A stretch of DNA of 64,000 nucleotides from assembly GCA_965220805.1 (NCBI GenBank), contig OZ244844.1, positions 2,699,753 through 2,763,752 on the forward strand. The letters are read 5' to 3'. Under the pieces are notes generated by a model. That model was not told the DNA's origin. It worked only from the letters and a program-made list of their open reading frames with translations, and ran no database searches. This document shows positions 21,586 to 32,279 of this stretch, piece after piece. This stretch comes from Alphaproteobacteria bacterium (GTDB lineage: Bacteria > Pseudomonadota > Alphaproteobacteria > SP197). The translations under genes were made by a program, and so were the position numbers. Each line of letters opens with the position of its first letter. The first letter of the stretch is position 1.

Positions 21586-21772
21586 GATGGTTGATCCTTC
21601 CCTCTGATTGACCGACTGGCACTCCGGCACACTTCCGGAGTCCTTCCATGGACTCATAGTTTTGGGGTTGGGGCATCATGTCAACCCAAAACCCTTGCAA
21701 GCGGTCCAGTTGATGGTGAATGGTGCCCTTGACTGGTCTTGTGGCGGTCGAGGGAGGTGAGACGGCGTGACC

Positions 21773-22837
21773 ATGGGGCTTCCGGCCATCGTACTCTGGG
21801 CTGCAGTCACGGGGTTCTCGCTGTGGCTCGTGGTGGAAGGCCGTGCGCTCATCCTCCCCTTCGTCGTCGCTGTCGTCCTGTGGTATCTCATTGCCACGCT
21901 GCGACAGTTCTACGCCCGCGTGCGTTCCTGTCCCGGGTGGCTCACCCTCATTCTCGCCGTTGCCACGGTGATTGCCCTCGTCGCCGTGCTGGTCGACCTG
22001 ACTCTCGCCAATGTCAACGCCGTGGTTGATGCCGCACCCCTCTATCAGGCCAATCTCGTGCAGCACTTCGGCAATGCCGCGGCCTTCTTCGGCATCGCCG
22101 AACTGCCGACCATCGGCGAAATCCGCAACCGGGTCGATCTTGCCGGTCTCGTGACCTCCCTTGCGTCCGGCATGGCGACCTTTGTCGGCAATGTCGGCAT
22201 CGTCCTCGTCTATCTCGCCTTCCTGCTGGTGGAGCAGGGACACGCTGCCTCCAAGCTCGACGCCCTGCTCGGCGGCCACGCCGAGAGAATTGCCCGCGTG
22301 CGCCATGTCATCGCCAGGATCAACTCCGATATCCGCACCTACCTTTGGGTCAAGACCCTGCTGTCTGTCGTGACGGGTGTTGTCTCGTGGGTCGTCATGA
22401 AGGCTGTCGGTCTGGATCTCGCGGAGTTCTGGGCGGTGCTGATCTTCTTTCTGAATTTCATTCCGACCATCGGTTCAATTCTCGGGTTCGTGTTTCCGGC
22501 CCTGCTGACCCTGGCGCAGTTCTCGGAGCCCCTGGCGCCCTTCCTCATCGTGGCGGCCCTGCTGAGCACCACGCAGATCGTCACGGGCAATGTCATCGAA
22601 CCCCGGATGATGGGGCGCACGCTCAAGCTCAGTCCGCTCGTGATCCTTCTGTCACTGGCCCTGTGGGGCAGCTTGTGGGGTGTCATCGGCATGTTCCTCA
22701 GCGTGCCGATCACGGTCATGGCTCTCATCATCTTCGCCCAGTTCCAGCAGACGCGCCCGATCGCTATCCTGCTGTCCGACGATGGCAACATCGCCCACCT
22801 CGAGAATGACAACGGTGAAGGGGAACACACGGAATGA
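21773..22837 (+). CDS. AI-2E family transporter
   Basis: FLNFIPTIGS, GNVIEPRMMG, WGVIGMFLSVP. Confidence 0.9.
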   Translation: MGLPAIVLWAAVTGFSLWLVVEGRALILPFVVAVVLWYLIATLRQFYARVRSCPGWLTLILAVATVIALVAVLVDLTLANVNAVVDAAPLYQANLVQHFGNAAAFFGIAELPTIGEIRNRVDLAGLVTSLASGMATFVGNVGIVLVYLAFLLVEQGHAASKLDALLGGHAERIARVRHVIARINSDIRTYLWVKTLLSVVTGVVSWVVMKAVGLDLAEFWAVLIFFLNFIPTIGSILGFVFPALLTLAQFSEPLAPFLIVAALLSTTQIVTGNVIEPRMMGRTLKLSPLVILLSLALWGSLWGVIGMFLSVPITVMALIIFAQFQQTRPIAILLSDDGNIAHLENDNGEGEHTE

Positions 22838-23496
22838 CTCGCAAGACGGCGGGCCTCGCCAGCGATCTCTACGACTACATGGTGCGGACCACCGTACGTG
22901 ACGATGACATCCTGCGCCGGCTGCGCGAGGAGACCCTGCAGACAGGCTGGAGCATGATGCAGGTCGCGCCGGACCAGGGACAGTTCATGGCCCTCCTGAC
23001 GCGCCTGATCGGAGCCCGGAATGCGCTGGAGGTCGGCGTCTTCACCGGTTACAGCAGTCTGTGTGTTGCCCGGGCGCTGGGGGAAGGAGGCTCGCTCGTC
23101 GCCCTTGACGTCAGCGAAGAGTGGACAGCGATTGCCCGCCGCTACTGGGCCGAGGCGGGAGTGGCCGAACGCATCGACCTGCGTCTGGCGCCGGCCGTGG
23201 AGAGCCTCGAGAAACTGGTAGCGGAAGGCCGCTCAGGCTCGTTCGACATCGCCTTCATCGACGCCGACAAGGAGAACTACGACACCTACTACGAGCGCGC
23301 CCTTGTCCTCGTTCGCCAGGGCGGACTGATCCTCATCGACAACGTTCTTTGGGGTGGCGCCGTGATCGACGACAGCGATCAGTCGGCGGACACCTGCGCG
23401 ATCCGTGCCATCAACGAGAAAGTCGGCGCCGACGATCGGGTCGACATGGCCATGGTGCCCACGGGAGACGGCCTCACCATAGCAAGGAAGCGCTGA
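22834..23496 (+). CDS. Caffeoyl-CoA-type class I SAM O-methyltransferase
   Basis: LEVGVFTGYS, FIDADKENY, DNVLWGG. Confidence 0.93.
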   Translation: MTRKTAGLASDLYDYMVRTTVRDDDILRRLREETLQTGWSMMQVAPDQGQFMALLTRLIGARNALEVGVFTGYSSLCVARALGEGGSLVALDVSEEWTAIARRYWAEAGVAERIDLRLAPAVESLEKLVAEGRSGSFDIAFIDADKENYDTYYERALVLVRQGGLILIDNVLWGGAVIDDSDQSADTCAIRAINEKVGADDRVDMAMVPTGDGLTIARKR

Positions 23497-23547
23497 AACG
23501 CTTCCTGGCGCCCCGGACGTGATCGACCTTCATGGAAGGCGTGCCGG

Positions 23548-24549
23548 TCAGGCGTAGGGCAGCGCGGTCCCCACTCCCAGTTTGTCGGCCTTGGCGAGCA
23601 TGGCCCATGCGAGCGCGATGTCCGATGTCGAAAGACCGCGGTGCCAGAAGAGTATTCTCTCATCGTCGCTCATCCGGCCTCCGGTGAGACCGGCGCAGAT
23701 GGCGCCGATCTCGCCGTGAATGGTGTCGGCGGTGATGCGGCCTGAATCGACATGGCGGCGCAGGCAACCGAAGGGGCCAACCAGGCACTGCTGCCAGTGG
23801 TCGACGACGATCTTGTCCATGACGTCGGCAAGGTCGTCTTCGACGGCGCTGATGGTGCCGTAGGGGATGACGAGTGCTCCCGGCTCCACCCATGCGGTCT
23901 TCAGGAGGGGTTGCGGCCTGTCAAGCCGGGAGGCTTCCACCAGGATGTCGGCGCCCTCGAGACAACTCTGCCAGTCGTCGGTGACGACGACGGGTTTGCC
24001 GAGATCCCGCGTCAGCCGCTCGCCGAAGGCCTCGCGGCTCTCCGGCCGCCGCGAGTGCACGCGGATCTCCGCAAAATCGAACAGGTGGTCGAGCAGGCGG
24101 ACGTTCCAGTAGGAACTCCCCCTGGCGCCGATGTGACCCAGCGTGCGTGGGTTCGAGCGGGCAAGGTACTTGGCGCCGAGCGCCGTCAGGGCGCCGGTGC
24201 GCATGTCCGTGATCGCGGTGCCGTCGACGAGCGCCCTCGGCATGCCGGTCCTGGCGTCGAACAGGTTGACGAGGGCCATCTCCGAGGGCAGACCCTTGCG
24301 GTAGTTGTCGATGTAGTCTCCCACCACCTTGACGCCGGCAATGCCGATGGGCGCGATGTAGCCGCGAAGCACGTTGAAGTGGCCGCGGAAGGACTCGTCC
24401 GCCACGAGATGCATGCGTGGCTCGATGACGGTTTCGCCGCGCCCCTGTGCCGCCAGGCTGTCTTCAATGGCGCCGAGGATCTCGTCCGGCGTCATCTCCA
24501 GTGCGCGCACGTCGGCGCCGGACAGGTAGCTCAGTTCAATACGTGGCAC
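23548..24549 (-). CDS. Ornithine cyclodeaminase/mu-crystallin family protein
   Basis: GVKVVG, ITDMRTGA, GHIGARG, GLSTSDIA. Confidence 0.88.
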   Translation of the reverse strand: MPRIELSYLSGADVRALEMTPDEILGAIEDSLAAQGRGETVIEPRMHLVADESFRGHFNVLRGYIAPIGIAGVKVVGDYIDNYRKGLPSEMALVNLFDARTGMPRALVDGTAITDMRTGALTALGAKYLARSNPRTLGHIGARGSSYWNVRLLDHLFDFAEIRVHSRRPESREAFGERLTRDLGKPVVVTDDWQSCLEGADILVEASRLDRPQPLLKTAWVEPGALVIPYGTISAVEDDLADVMDKIVVDHWQQCLVGPFGCLRRHVDSGRITADTIHGEIGAICAGLTGGRMSDDERILFWHRGLSTSDIALAWAMLAKADKLGVGTALPYA

Positions 24550-25825
24550 GGTGAATTCTCCCGGTACTCGGCTGGAGCAGGATCATGGCCGCATTCTCAA
24601 GCATGGTCACGAGTTCGTTGCTAATCATCCCGTCGGCCTCGAGCCCGTTGCGTTTCTGAAACGTCTTGACGGATTCCCTCGTCAAAGGACCGACAATGTT
24701 GTCGACCGCTCCGTCGAGATAGCCGAGCAGCGCCAGATAGCGCTGGGCCGCAACCGCCGGGGCGCCCAGCGCCCCGGGCAGCGGCAGGCGAATGTGTGTC
24801 TCTTCGGCCGGCGCTGCTGCCAGGTTGTTGGCGCGCAACGTGGCGCGTCGACGGTCCGCGGAATCCAGAATCCCTGCCAGGCTCTTCATGAATTCCCGCG
24901 CCACCTTGCGGGCGTGCCTGTCATGGCTCCGGGCCGCAGCCACCAGCCAGGCGTAGGCTTCGACCGGGTTCCTGTCGACGCCGGTTCCGTTGGCAAGACA
25001 GGTGGCAAAGCTGATCTGGCCGAAGGCGTGGCCGGCCCGTGCTGCGGCGCCATAGGCGTCGGCGGCGCCCGCGAGGTCGACCGGTGTGCCGCGACCGTAT
25101 TGAAGCATGATGCCAAGATTGTTCTGGGCCACGGCCAGCCCCTTGTCGGCTGCCCGGCGATAGAGGGCGACGGCCCTTTCCGGGTCACGCGCAACGCCAA
25201 GTCCCTGTTCATACATGTGGGCAAGGTTGTTGTCGGCTTCAGCGAGTCCGGCCGCGGACGCCTGGTGGTACCAGGCAAGGGCCTGTTCGAGGCTGGCGCT
25301 GTTGCCGGTGTCGGCGGCCGAGAGGCGAGCAAGGCTGTACTGTGCCTCCGGCAGGCCCTGGCCAGCGGCGAGACGGTACCAGTGGATGGCGAGATTGGGT
25401 TGCGGGGCGCCGTGAACGCCCCGCTCGTAGAGGCTTGCGAGGCTTTGCTGGGCGCGCGCAAAGTCAAGGTTGGCAGCGCGTGTGAGAAGGTCGACGGCCG
25501 CAGCCGTTTCCGGCGGTTCCGCCTCCAGCATATGATGGGAGAGAGCGACCAGCGCCACGGGCAGATTGCGGTCTGCCGCCTTGCCGTACCAGCCGATGGC
25601 GCTGGCGATGTCGACGGCGCCGAGGAGACCCGATTCATGGAGCCGGGCCAGGTAGTACTGCACATCCACATCGCCGTTGGCGGCACGCTCTCCCCAGGCC
25701 GCGTGCGCGTCCGCGTAGCGCCGTTCCCCGACTGCCTGCCAGCCGGCAAGAAACCCGGCCTCTTCCGGCCAGGCGGGAGCCGCCAGGACCAGGGTTGCCA
25801 CGAGAACAAGACGGGCGATCGTCAT
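24536..25825 (-). CDS. Secreted SEL1-repeat protein with C-terminal peptidoglycan-binding domain
   Basis: Signal peptide, repeated A..LG.MY..G.GV units, C-terminal LGY..GAVD..VGPLTRESVKTFQ. Confidence 0.85.
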   Translation of the reverse strand: MTIARLVLVATLVLAAPAWPEEAGFLAGWQAVGERRYADAHAAWGERAANGDVDVQYYLARLHESGLLGAVDIASAIGWYGKAADRNLPVALVALSHHMLEAEPPETAAAVDLLTRAANLDFARAQQSLASLYERGVHGAPQPNLAIHWYRLAAGQGLPEAQYSLARLSAADTGNSASLEQALAWYHQASAAGLAEADNNLAHMYEQGLGVARDPERAVALYRRAADKGLAVAQNNLGIMLQYGRGTPVDLAGAADAYGAAARAGHAFGQISFATCLANGTGVDRNPVEAYAWLVAAARSHDRHARKVAREFMKSLAGILDSADRRRATLRANNLAAAPAEETHIRLPLPGALGAPAVAAQRYLALLGYLDGAVDNIVGPLTRESVKTFQKRNGLEADGMISNELVTMLENAAMILLQPSTGRIHRATY

Positions 25826-25848
25826 GGTCCGAGTATAGGCGCAGCACC

Positions 25849-26463
25849 GTGCTGATCGAACCCGGCAGGTTTGCAGACACCTGGTGGCGGGCTGCAGGAA
25901 TGCTGCGCCGGCGCGATCCCCGTCTCGCCTCCGTCATCGAACGCTATCCCGGTGAACGTCTCGAACCGCACGGCGACCTCTTCCGTTCCCTGATTCGGGC
26001 CATTGTCGGTCAGCAGATCTCCGTCATGGCCTCCGAGAGGATCTGGGATCGACTCATCCGCGACCTCGCGACAATCACCCCCCGGGAGGTTGCCCGCATG
26101 GATGTTGCCACCATGCGGGGCTGTGGTCTCACCCGCAACAAGGCCCGCAGCATTGCCGCCGCCGCCAGTGTCATGACCACCTGGCAGGACATCCCATCGC
26201 AGTCGGAGGACATCCGCCGGCGACTGCTGACCCTCAAGGGCGTGGGTCCCTGGACCGTCGACATGGTCCTGATATTCGCCGCGGGCGACCTCGATGTCCT
26301 TCCGGTCGCGGACATCGGACTGCAACGGGCCGTGGCCGCCAAATACGGCTGCACGCGCTCACCGGATGCCGTCAGCTCCCGTGCAAAGGCGTGGCAGCCA
26401 TGGCGCACCGTGGCAACCTGGTATCTCTGGCGCGATCTCGATCCTCTCCCGGTCGCCTATTGA
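25849..26463 (+). CDS. AlkA-family (HhH-GPD) DNA-3-methyladenine glycosylase
   Basis: AIVGQQIS, LKGVGPWT, LPVADIGL, WQPWRTVATWYLW. Confidence 0.9.
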   Translation: MLIEPGRFADTWWRAAGMLRRRDPRLASVIERYPGERLEPHGDLFRSLIRAIVGQQISVMASERIWDRLIRDLATITPREVARMDVATMRGCGLTRNKARSIAAAASVMTTWQDIPSQSEDIRRRLLTLKGVGPWTVDMVLIFAAGDLDVLPVADIGLQRAVAAKYGCTRSPDAVSSRAKAWQPWRTVATWYLWRDLDPLPVAY

Positions 26464-26526
26464 GCGACGGTGGATTGCCGGGAGACCAGGACGCATCATG
26501 TTGCGACGGAACCGGGGGAGTGCGGC

Positions 26527-27327
26527 ATGACCAGGCACGTTGCGATTGTCACCGGCTCGGCAACGGGGATTGGACGCGCCATCGCCCTGGGGCTGGCGGC
26601 GCAGGGTTGGGGTCTGGTGCTCAACTACACGAGCAGTGAACGCGAGATGGCCGACACCGAAGCGGCGTGCCGCGAAGCCGGGGGCGATCCCGTGGTCGTC
26701 AGGGGCGATGTTGCAGAGGACGAGGTGTGCCGTGATCTCGTGAAGGCGGCCGCCGGACGCTGGAACCGCCTTGACGGACTGGTCAGCAATGCCGGAGTGA
26801 CCAAGTTCGTTGAGGCAGACGATCTCGACGGTCTCGATCACAGCGACTTCGAGCGCATCCTCAGGGTCAACATGGTCGCCTGCTGGCAACTGGCGAGGGC
26901 CTCGGCGGACCTGATGCGCAGCACGGGTTCGGGCTCGATCGTCGCCATTTCGTCGCTTTCCGCCTTCACGGGCGCCGGAAGCAGCGCTGCCTATGCCGCC
27001 TCCAAGGCGGCGCTCAACACACTCACGCTCTCCCTTGCCCGCGTTCTAGCGCCTCAGATTCGGGTCAACGCCCTGTGCCCGGGCTACGTCGATACCCGCT
27101 GGTCGCGCCGCCGTATCGGAGAGGAACGCTACTCTGACTTCAAAATGAGGCTGAACGCGACCCTGCCCCTGAAGAGGATGGTCAACGCGGACGACGTGGC
27201 CGATGCTGCCATATGGCTCCTGGTGGCGGCGCGCGCCGTCACCGGCCAGGCCATCGTCGTGGATGCCGGAGAGCACCTGTTGACCGGACCCAACGTGATG
27301 AGCGCACCGTCATCGGGTGATGCCTGA
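26527..27327 (+). CDS. SDR-family oxidoreductase
   Basis: TGSATGIG, SNAG, YAASK. Confidence 0.9.
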   Translation: MTRHVAIVTGSATGIGRAIALGLAAQGWGLVLNYTSSEREMADTEAACREAGGDPVVVRGDVAEDEVCRDLVKAAAGRWNRLDGLVSNAGVTKFVEADDLDGLDHSDFERILRVNMVACWQLARASADLMRSTGSGSIVAISSLSAFTGAGSSAAYAASKAALNTLTLSLARVLAPQIRVNALCPGYVDTRWSRRRIGEERYSDFKMRLNATLPLKRMVNADDVADAAIWLLVAARAVTGQAIVVDAGEHLLTGPNVMSAPSSGDA

Positions 27328-27427
27328 TCAGATCGGACTCCCGGCCGACTTCGATGGCAGGGACCAGGGGTTGCTCCGGTTCTGCCGGACATGACAGGTT
27401 CCCAAGGGCATCAAGGGGGAATCGGGT

Positions 27428-28096
27428 GTGCAGGGAATCGACCTGGTTATCTTCGACTGCGATGGTGTGCTCGCCGACAGCGAGGTGCTGAGCGCCGGTG
27501 TTCTCGTGACGGAGCTTGGCGCCTGCAGAATTGACATCGATGCCGACTATGTCTTTCGCCACTTCATCGGCAGGAGCTTTCCCGTCGTCGCCGAAATCAT
27601 TGCCGCCCGATTTGACAGGCCGTTGCCGAAGACCTTCATCGCCCGCTACCGTGCGGCACTCCACGAGACCTTTTCCAAGAGGCTGCGGACGACGTCAGGC
27701 CTCGATGCCATGCTGGGGAAGCTGCTTCCGCCGGCGTGTGTAGCCACAAGCTCCAGCAGGCCCAGGGTGGACCATACGCTTGCGACTCTGGGGCTTGATG
27801 GTTTTTTTGGAGATCGGGTTTTCACAGCGTCGCGTGTGGCGCATGGCAAGCCCGCTCCCGATCTCTTTCTTCTGGCGGCACGCGAGATGGCGGCGCCGCC
27901 ACACCGCTGTCTGGTAATCGAGGACAGTCTTGCCGGTGTCGAGGCCGGGCTGGCTGCCGGCATGCACGTGTGGCGCTATGTCGGCGGCGCCCACGTCACG
28001 GATGTCGCGAGGACGCACGATGAGACGCCGGAAGGCGTGACGGTGATTGACAACTGGAACCAGATGTTCTCACTGGCTCCCGAACTGCGGGTATGA
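27428..28096 (+). CDS. HAD-superfamily hydrolase (IA)
   Basis: [23 protein letters not shown]. Confidence 0.92.
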   Translation: MQGIDLVIFDCDGVLADSEVLSAGVLVTELGACRIDIDADYVFRHFIGRSFPVVAEIIAARFDRPLPKTFIARYRAALHETFSKRLRTTSGLDAMLGKLLPPACVATSSSRPRVDHTLATLGLDGFFGDRVFTASRVAHGKPAPDLFLLAAREMAAPPHRCLVIEDSLAGVEAGLAAGMHVWRYVGGAHVTDVARTHDETPEGVTVIDNWNQMFSLAPELRV

Positions 28097-29061
28097 CACG
28101 GCCCATGGCGAGGACCAACGGCAGAGGCAACCGTCTGGACGATGCGGCCAGGGCGGGATGGCTCTACTACGTTGCCGGCAACACCCAGGACGAGATCGCA
28201 AACACGCTTGGCGTCTCGCGCCAGAAGGCGCAGAGACTGGTGTCGCTCGCCGTGTCCCTGAAACTGATCAAGTTCCGCCTGGACCATCCGATCGCCCGGT
28301 GCATGGACCTCGCCACGGAGTTGGTCCGGACATTCTCCCTTGTGTCCTCGGAGGTCGTACCAACGGATCCGGCAGCGCCTGAATCCATTGCTGGCGTTGC
28401 CGTCGCCGGAGCCAGCGAAATGGAGAGGCACCTCGACTGCAAGACGCCGAAGGTGATTGCCGTCGGAACCGGTCGCGTGCTGAGGGCCTGTGTCGAGCAG
28501 TTGTCAGCCATGGACTGTCCACAGCATCACCTGGTCTCGCTGGTCGGCAATACCATGCCCGACGGATCGGCGACGGCTTACAATGTCGTGGTGCGTATGG
28601 CCGAGCGTGTTGGCGGACGCCACAACCCCATGCCGCTGCCCGTGCTCGTTCGAAAACCCGCCGAACTCCCCATCCTGCACAGCCAGGAGCCCGTGGCCAG
28701 AACGCTGGAACTGTGCGAAGCCGCCGATGCCACCTTCGTCGGCATCGGCCACATCGACGCATCGGCACCGCTGGTGGTGGACGGATTCATCACCTTCGCG
28801 GAAAGCCGCGACCTGGTCCGCAGGGGAGCGGTTGGCGAGATCGTCGGCTGGGTGTTCGATTCCCGGGGCCGGTTGATCGAGGGACCGACGAACAGGCGGG
28901 TATCGAGTGCACCGCTGGTCCCGGACAATCCCCGTCCGGTGATCGGTCTGGCTTCCGGCGAATTGAAGGTCGCTGCCATTCTGGGAGCCCTGCGCGGTCG
29001 CCTCATCAACGCTCTCGTAACCGACGAATCGACGGCCGAAGCGATACTTGCCGGCGCCTGA
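28093..29061 (+). CDS. smoC: SorC/DeoR-type sugar-binding regulator, SmoC-like
   Basis: [36 protein letters not shown]; directly upstream of the polyol ABC. Confidence 0.8.
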   Translation: MTRPMARTNGRGNRLDDAARAGWLYYVAGNTQDEIANTLGVSRQKAQRLVSLAVSLKLIKFRLDHPIARCMDLATELVRTFSLVSSEVVPTDPAAPESIAGVAVAGASEMERHLDCKTPKVIAVGTGRVLRACVEQLSAMDCPQHHLVSLVGNTMPDGSATAYNVVVRMAERVGGRHNPMPLPVLVRKPAELPILHSQEPVARTLELCEAADATFVGIGHIDASAPLVVDGFITFAESRDLVRRGAVGEIVGWVFDSRGRLIEGPTNRRVSSAPLVPDNPRPVIGLASGELKVAAILGALRGRLINALVTDESTAEAILAGA

Positions 29062-29110
29062 TGATCCGTGCCCGGGTCATCTGACCGCTTGACACGCGGG
29101 ACAAAACGGG

Positions 29111-29143
29111 TGAGTAAATGCTCAATGACATAGCATTTGCCCA
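29111..29143. promoter_or_regulatory. Putative SmoC operator
   Basis: TGAGTAAATGCT-N9-AGCATTTGCCCA inverted repeat (10/12) downstream of TTGACA (29089-29094). Confidence 0.55.
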
Positions 29144-29164
29144 ACTCACAAGACAGAGGGAGAG

Positions 29165-30481
29165 TTGATGATGAGCAAGCTTGGGACACTTCTTTGTGCC
29201 GGAGCGGCTGCAAGTCTCCTGGCGGCCCCGGTAGCCGCCGAGACCCTGACCATTGCCACTGTCAACAACGGTGACATGATCCGCATGCAGGGTCTGACCG
29301 ATGACTTCACCGCCAGCAATCCGGGAATCGAACTGGAGTGGGTGACGCTGGAAGAGAATATCCTGCGTCAGCGCGTCACGACCGACATCGCCACAAAGGG
29401 CGGACAGTACGACGTCATGACCATCGGTACCTACGAGGTGCCGATCTGGGGCAAACAGGGCTGGCTGGTCAGCCTGAACGATCTGCCGGAGTCGTATGAT
29501 GTCGACGACCTGTTGCCGGCGATCCGCGGTGGCCTGACGGTGGACGGCGAACTCTATGCCGCGCCATTCTATGGCGAGAGTTCGATGGTGATGTACCGCA
29601 CCGACCTGATGGAGGCGGCGGGGATGGAAATGCCCGACGCTCCGACTTGGGACTTCATCGCCCAGGCAGCCCGTGCCATGACCGACAGGGATAACGAGAT
29701 CTACGGAGTCTGCCTGCGAGGCAAGGCTGGCTGGGGCGAGAACATGGCCTTTCTGACAGCCATGTCCAACGCCTTCGGTGCCCGTTGGTTCGACGAAGAC
29801 TGGAACCCGCAGTTTGATGGCGAGGCGTGGGCGAATACGCTCAACTACTATGTCGACCTGATGAACGATGCCGGCCCTCCGGGAGCCTCTGCCAATGGCT
29901 TCAACGAGAATCTTGCCCTCTTTCAGACCGGCAGGTGCGGCATGTGGATCGACGCAACCGTTGCCGCTTCTTTCGTGACCAATCCCGAGGATTCCAGTGT
30001 GGCGGACAGTGTCGGCTTTGCCCTGGCTCCCGACACGGGACTGGGCAAGCGCAGCAACTGGCTGTGGGCCTGGTCGCTCGCCATCCCGGCCGGCAGCGCC
30101 AAGGTCGAGGCGGCGAAGAAGTTCATCGCCTGGGCAACGTCGAAGGAGTATCTCGAACTTGTTGCGTCAAACGAGGGTTGGGCGAATGTGCCACCTGGCA
30201 CCCGCACCTCGCTCTACATGAATCCGGACTATGCCAGTGTTCCGTTCGCGGCGATGACGCTGGAGAGCATCAACGCTGCGGACCCGACCAATCCGACAGT
30301 TGATCCGGTTCCCTATGTCGGCGTGCAGTTCGTTGCCATTCCGGAGTTCCAGGGAATTGCGACGGCCGTTGGCCAGCAATTCTCGGCGGCGCTGGCCGGC
30401 ACGACGAGTGTCGAGGAGGCGCTTGCGAACGCGCAGCAGCTGACTGTCCGGGAGATGACGAAGGCAGGTTACATCGAGTAG
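29165..30481 (+). CDS. smoE: Polyol (sorbitol/mannitol) ABC substrate-binding protein
   Basis: LTIATVNNGDMIRMQ...RVTTDIATKGGQYD...GVQFVAIPEFQG. Confidence 0.9.
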   Translation: MMMSKLGTLLCAGAAASLLAAPVAAETLTIATVNNGDMIRMQGLTDDFTASNPGIELEWVTLEENILRQRVTTDIATKGGQYDVMTIGTYEVPIWGKQGWLVSLNDLPESYDVDDLLPAIRGGLTVDGELYAAPFYGESSMVMYRTDLMEAAGMEMPDAPTWDFIAQAARAMTDRDNEIYGVCLRGKAGWGENMAFLTAMSNAFGARWFDEDWNPQFDGEAWANTLNYYVDLMNDAGPPGASANGFNENLALFQTGRCGMWIDATVAASFVTNPEDSSVADSVGFALAPDTGLGKRSNWLWAWSLAIPAGSAKVEAAKKFIAWATSKEYLELVASNEGWANVPPGTRTSLYMNPDYASVPFAAMTLESINAADPTNPTVDPVPYVGVQFVAIPEFQGIATAVGQQFSAALAGTTSVEEALANAQQLTVREMTKAGYIE

Positions 30482-30487
30482 GCCACG

Positions 30488-30526
30488 AGGCCCGGCGGGA
30501 ACCGCATCACGGCTCCCGCCGGGCCT
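30488..30526 (+). other. Intercistronic stem-loop after smoE
   Basis: AGGCCCGGCGGGA...TCCCGCCGGGCCT with no U-tail. Confidence 0.6.
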
Positions 30527-30551
30527 GTCTCGAATTCGGGAGATTGTCGTC

Positions 30552-31424
30552 ATGCCGACGCAGCACTCCAGAGTAACGGCGCGCCTGATGATGACTCCGG
30601 CGGTCTTGCTGCTCCTGGGCTGGATGCTGGTACCGCTGGGGCTGACGCTCTACTTCTCGCTGCTGCGTTACAATCTTCTCATGCCGGGCATGGAGCAGTG
30701 GACCGGCCTTGATAACTATCGCTACTTCCTGACCGACCCGGCGTTTCTCGACGCTCTCCGCAACACGCTTCTTCTCGTCGGCGGTGTTCTGGTGATCACC
30801 ATCACCGGTGGCGTCCTGCTCGCCCTGTTGCTGGACCAGGCATTCTGGGGCCGGGGCATTGTCCGGCTCTTGATGATCGCTCCCTTCTTCATCATGCCGA
30901 CCGTCTCGGCGCTGGTGTGGAAGAACATGTTCATGAACCCTGTGACCGGCCTCCTGGCCCATGCCGCGAAGGTGGTGGGTCTCGAGCCATTCGACTTTCT
31001 CGCGGTGGCGCCGCTCTTCTCGATCATCCTGATGGTCAGCTGGCAGTGGCTGCCCTTTGCCACCCTGATTCTTCTGACGGCCCTGCAGTCCCTCGACAGT
31101 GAACAGCTTGAAGCCTCTGAGATGGATGGCGCGAACAGTCTCGATCGGTTCATCTTCATCGTGCTGCCGCATCTTGCCCGCGCCATCACGGTTGTCATTC
31201 TCATCCAGACGATCTTCCTTCTGTCGATCTTCGCCGAGATCCTCGTGACCACGAACGGGGGCCCCGGAACCGCCTCGACCAACCTGACATTCCAGATCTA
31301 TGCCTTGTCGCTCCTGCAGTTCGATGTAGGCGGCGGGGCGGCCGGAGGAGTTATCGCCATCATCCTCGCCAACATCGTGGCGATTTTTCTCATGCGGATG
31401 ATCGGCCGCAACCTGGACGCCTGA
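30552..31424 (+). CDS. smoF: Polyol ABC permease
   Basis: LRYNLLMPG, WQWLPFATLIL, EASEMDGA. Confidence 0.88.
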   Translation: MPTQHSRVTARLMMTPAVLLLLGWMLVPLGLTLYFSLLRYNLLMPGMEQWTGLDNYRYFLTDPAFLDALRNTLLLVGGVLVITITGGVLLALLLDQAFWGRGIVRLLMIAPFFIMPTVSALVWKNMFMNPVTGLLAHAAKVVGLEPFDFLAVAPLFSIILMVSWQWLPFATLILLTALQSLDSEQLEASEMDGANSLDRFIFIVLPHLARAITVVILIQTIFLLSIFAEILVTTNGGPGTASTNLTFQIYALSLLQFDVGGGAAGGVIAIILANIVAIFLMRMIGRNLDA

Positions 31425-31437
31425 AGGAGCGCGGACG

Positions 31438-32268
31438 ATGGCACGCAGCACCGGGACCCTGCGCAAGGCGACCACTACTCTCGTCGCCTGGGTGATTGCC
31501 CTGGCGATATTCTTTCCCATCCTGTGGACCGTACTCACCGGCTTCAAGACAGAAGCCGAGGCCATTGCCTCGCCTCCCAGTCTGTTTTTCTTTGACTGGA
31601 CACTCGACAACTTCGTCATCGTCCAGGAGCGCTCGGACTATTTCCGGCACTTCATGAATTCGGTCATCATTTCTGTGGGATCGACGCTCCTCGGACTTGT
31701 CATCTCCATTCCGGCCGCCTGGTCGATGGCGTTCGTCCCGACGAAGCGGACCCGTCACATCCTGATGTGGATGCTGTCGACCCGCATGCTGCCGCCGGTG
31801 GGTGTGCTGGTGCCCATCTACCTGATCTTCCGCGACGCCGGTCTGCTCGACACCCGCACGGGTCTGGTGATCGTGCTGACCCTGATCAACCTGCCGATCA
31901 TCGTCTGGATGCTCTACACCTACTTCAGAGAGATTCCGGGCGAAATCCTGGAGGCGGCACGCATGGATGGTGCGACCACAGGTGCGGAAATCGTTCACGT
32001 CCTGGTGCCGATGGCGGTGCCCGGCATTGCCTCGACGCTGTTGCTCAACATCATTCTTGCCTGGAACGAGGCTTTCTGGACACTCAACCTGACTGCTGCC
32101 GGAGCGGCACCACTCACCGCCTTTATCGCCAGTTACTCGAGCCCCGAGGGCCTGTTCTACGCCAAGCTCAGTGCTGCCAGCACGCTTGCCATCGCCCCGA
32201 TCCTGATCCTGGGCTGGTTCAGCCAGAAACAGCTGGTCCGAGGCCTGACCTTCGGCGCCGTCAAGTAG
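31438..32268 (+). CDS. smoG: Polyol ABC permease
   Basis: [26 protein letters not shown]. Confidence 0.88.
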   Translation: MARSTGTLRKATTTLVAWVIALAIFFPILWTVLTGFKTEAEAIASPPSLFFFDWTLDNFVIVQERSDYFRHFMNSVIISVGSTLLGLVISIPAAWSMAFVPTKRTRHILMWMLSTRMLPPVGVLVPIYLIFRDAGLLDTRTGLVIVLTLINLPIIVWMLYTYFREIPGEILEAARMDGATTGAEIVHVLVPMAVPGIASTLLLNIILAWNEAFWTLNLTAAGAAPLTAFIASYSSPEGLFYAKLSAASTLAIAPILILGWFSQKQLVRGLTFGAVK

Positions 32269-32279
32269 GAGCACGGACA

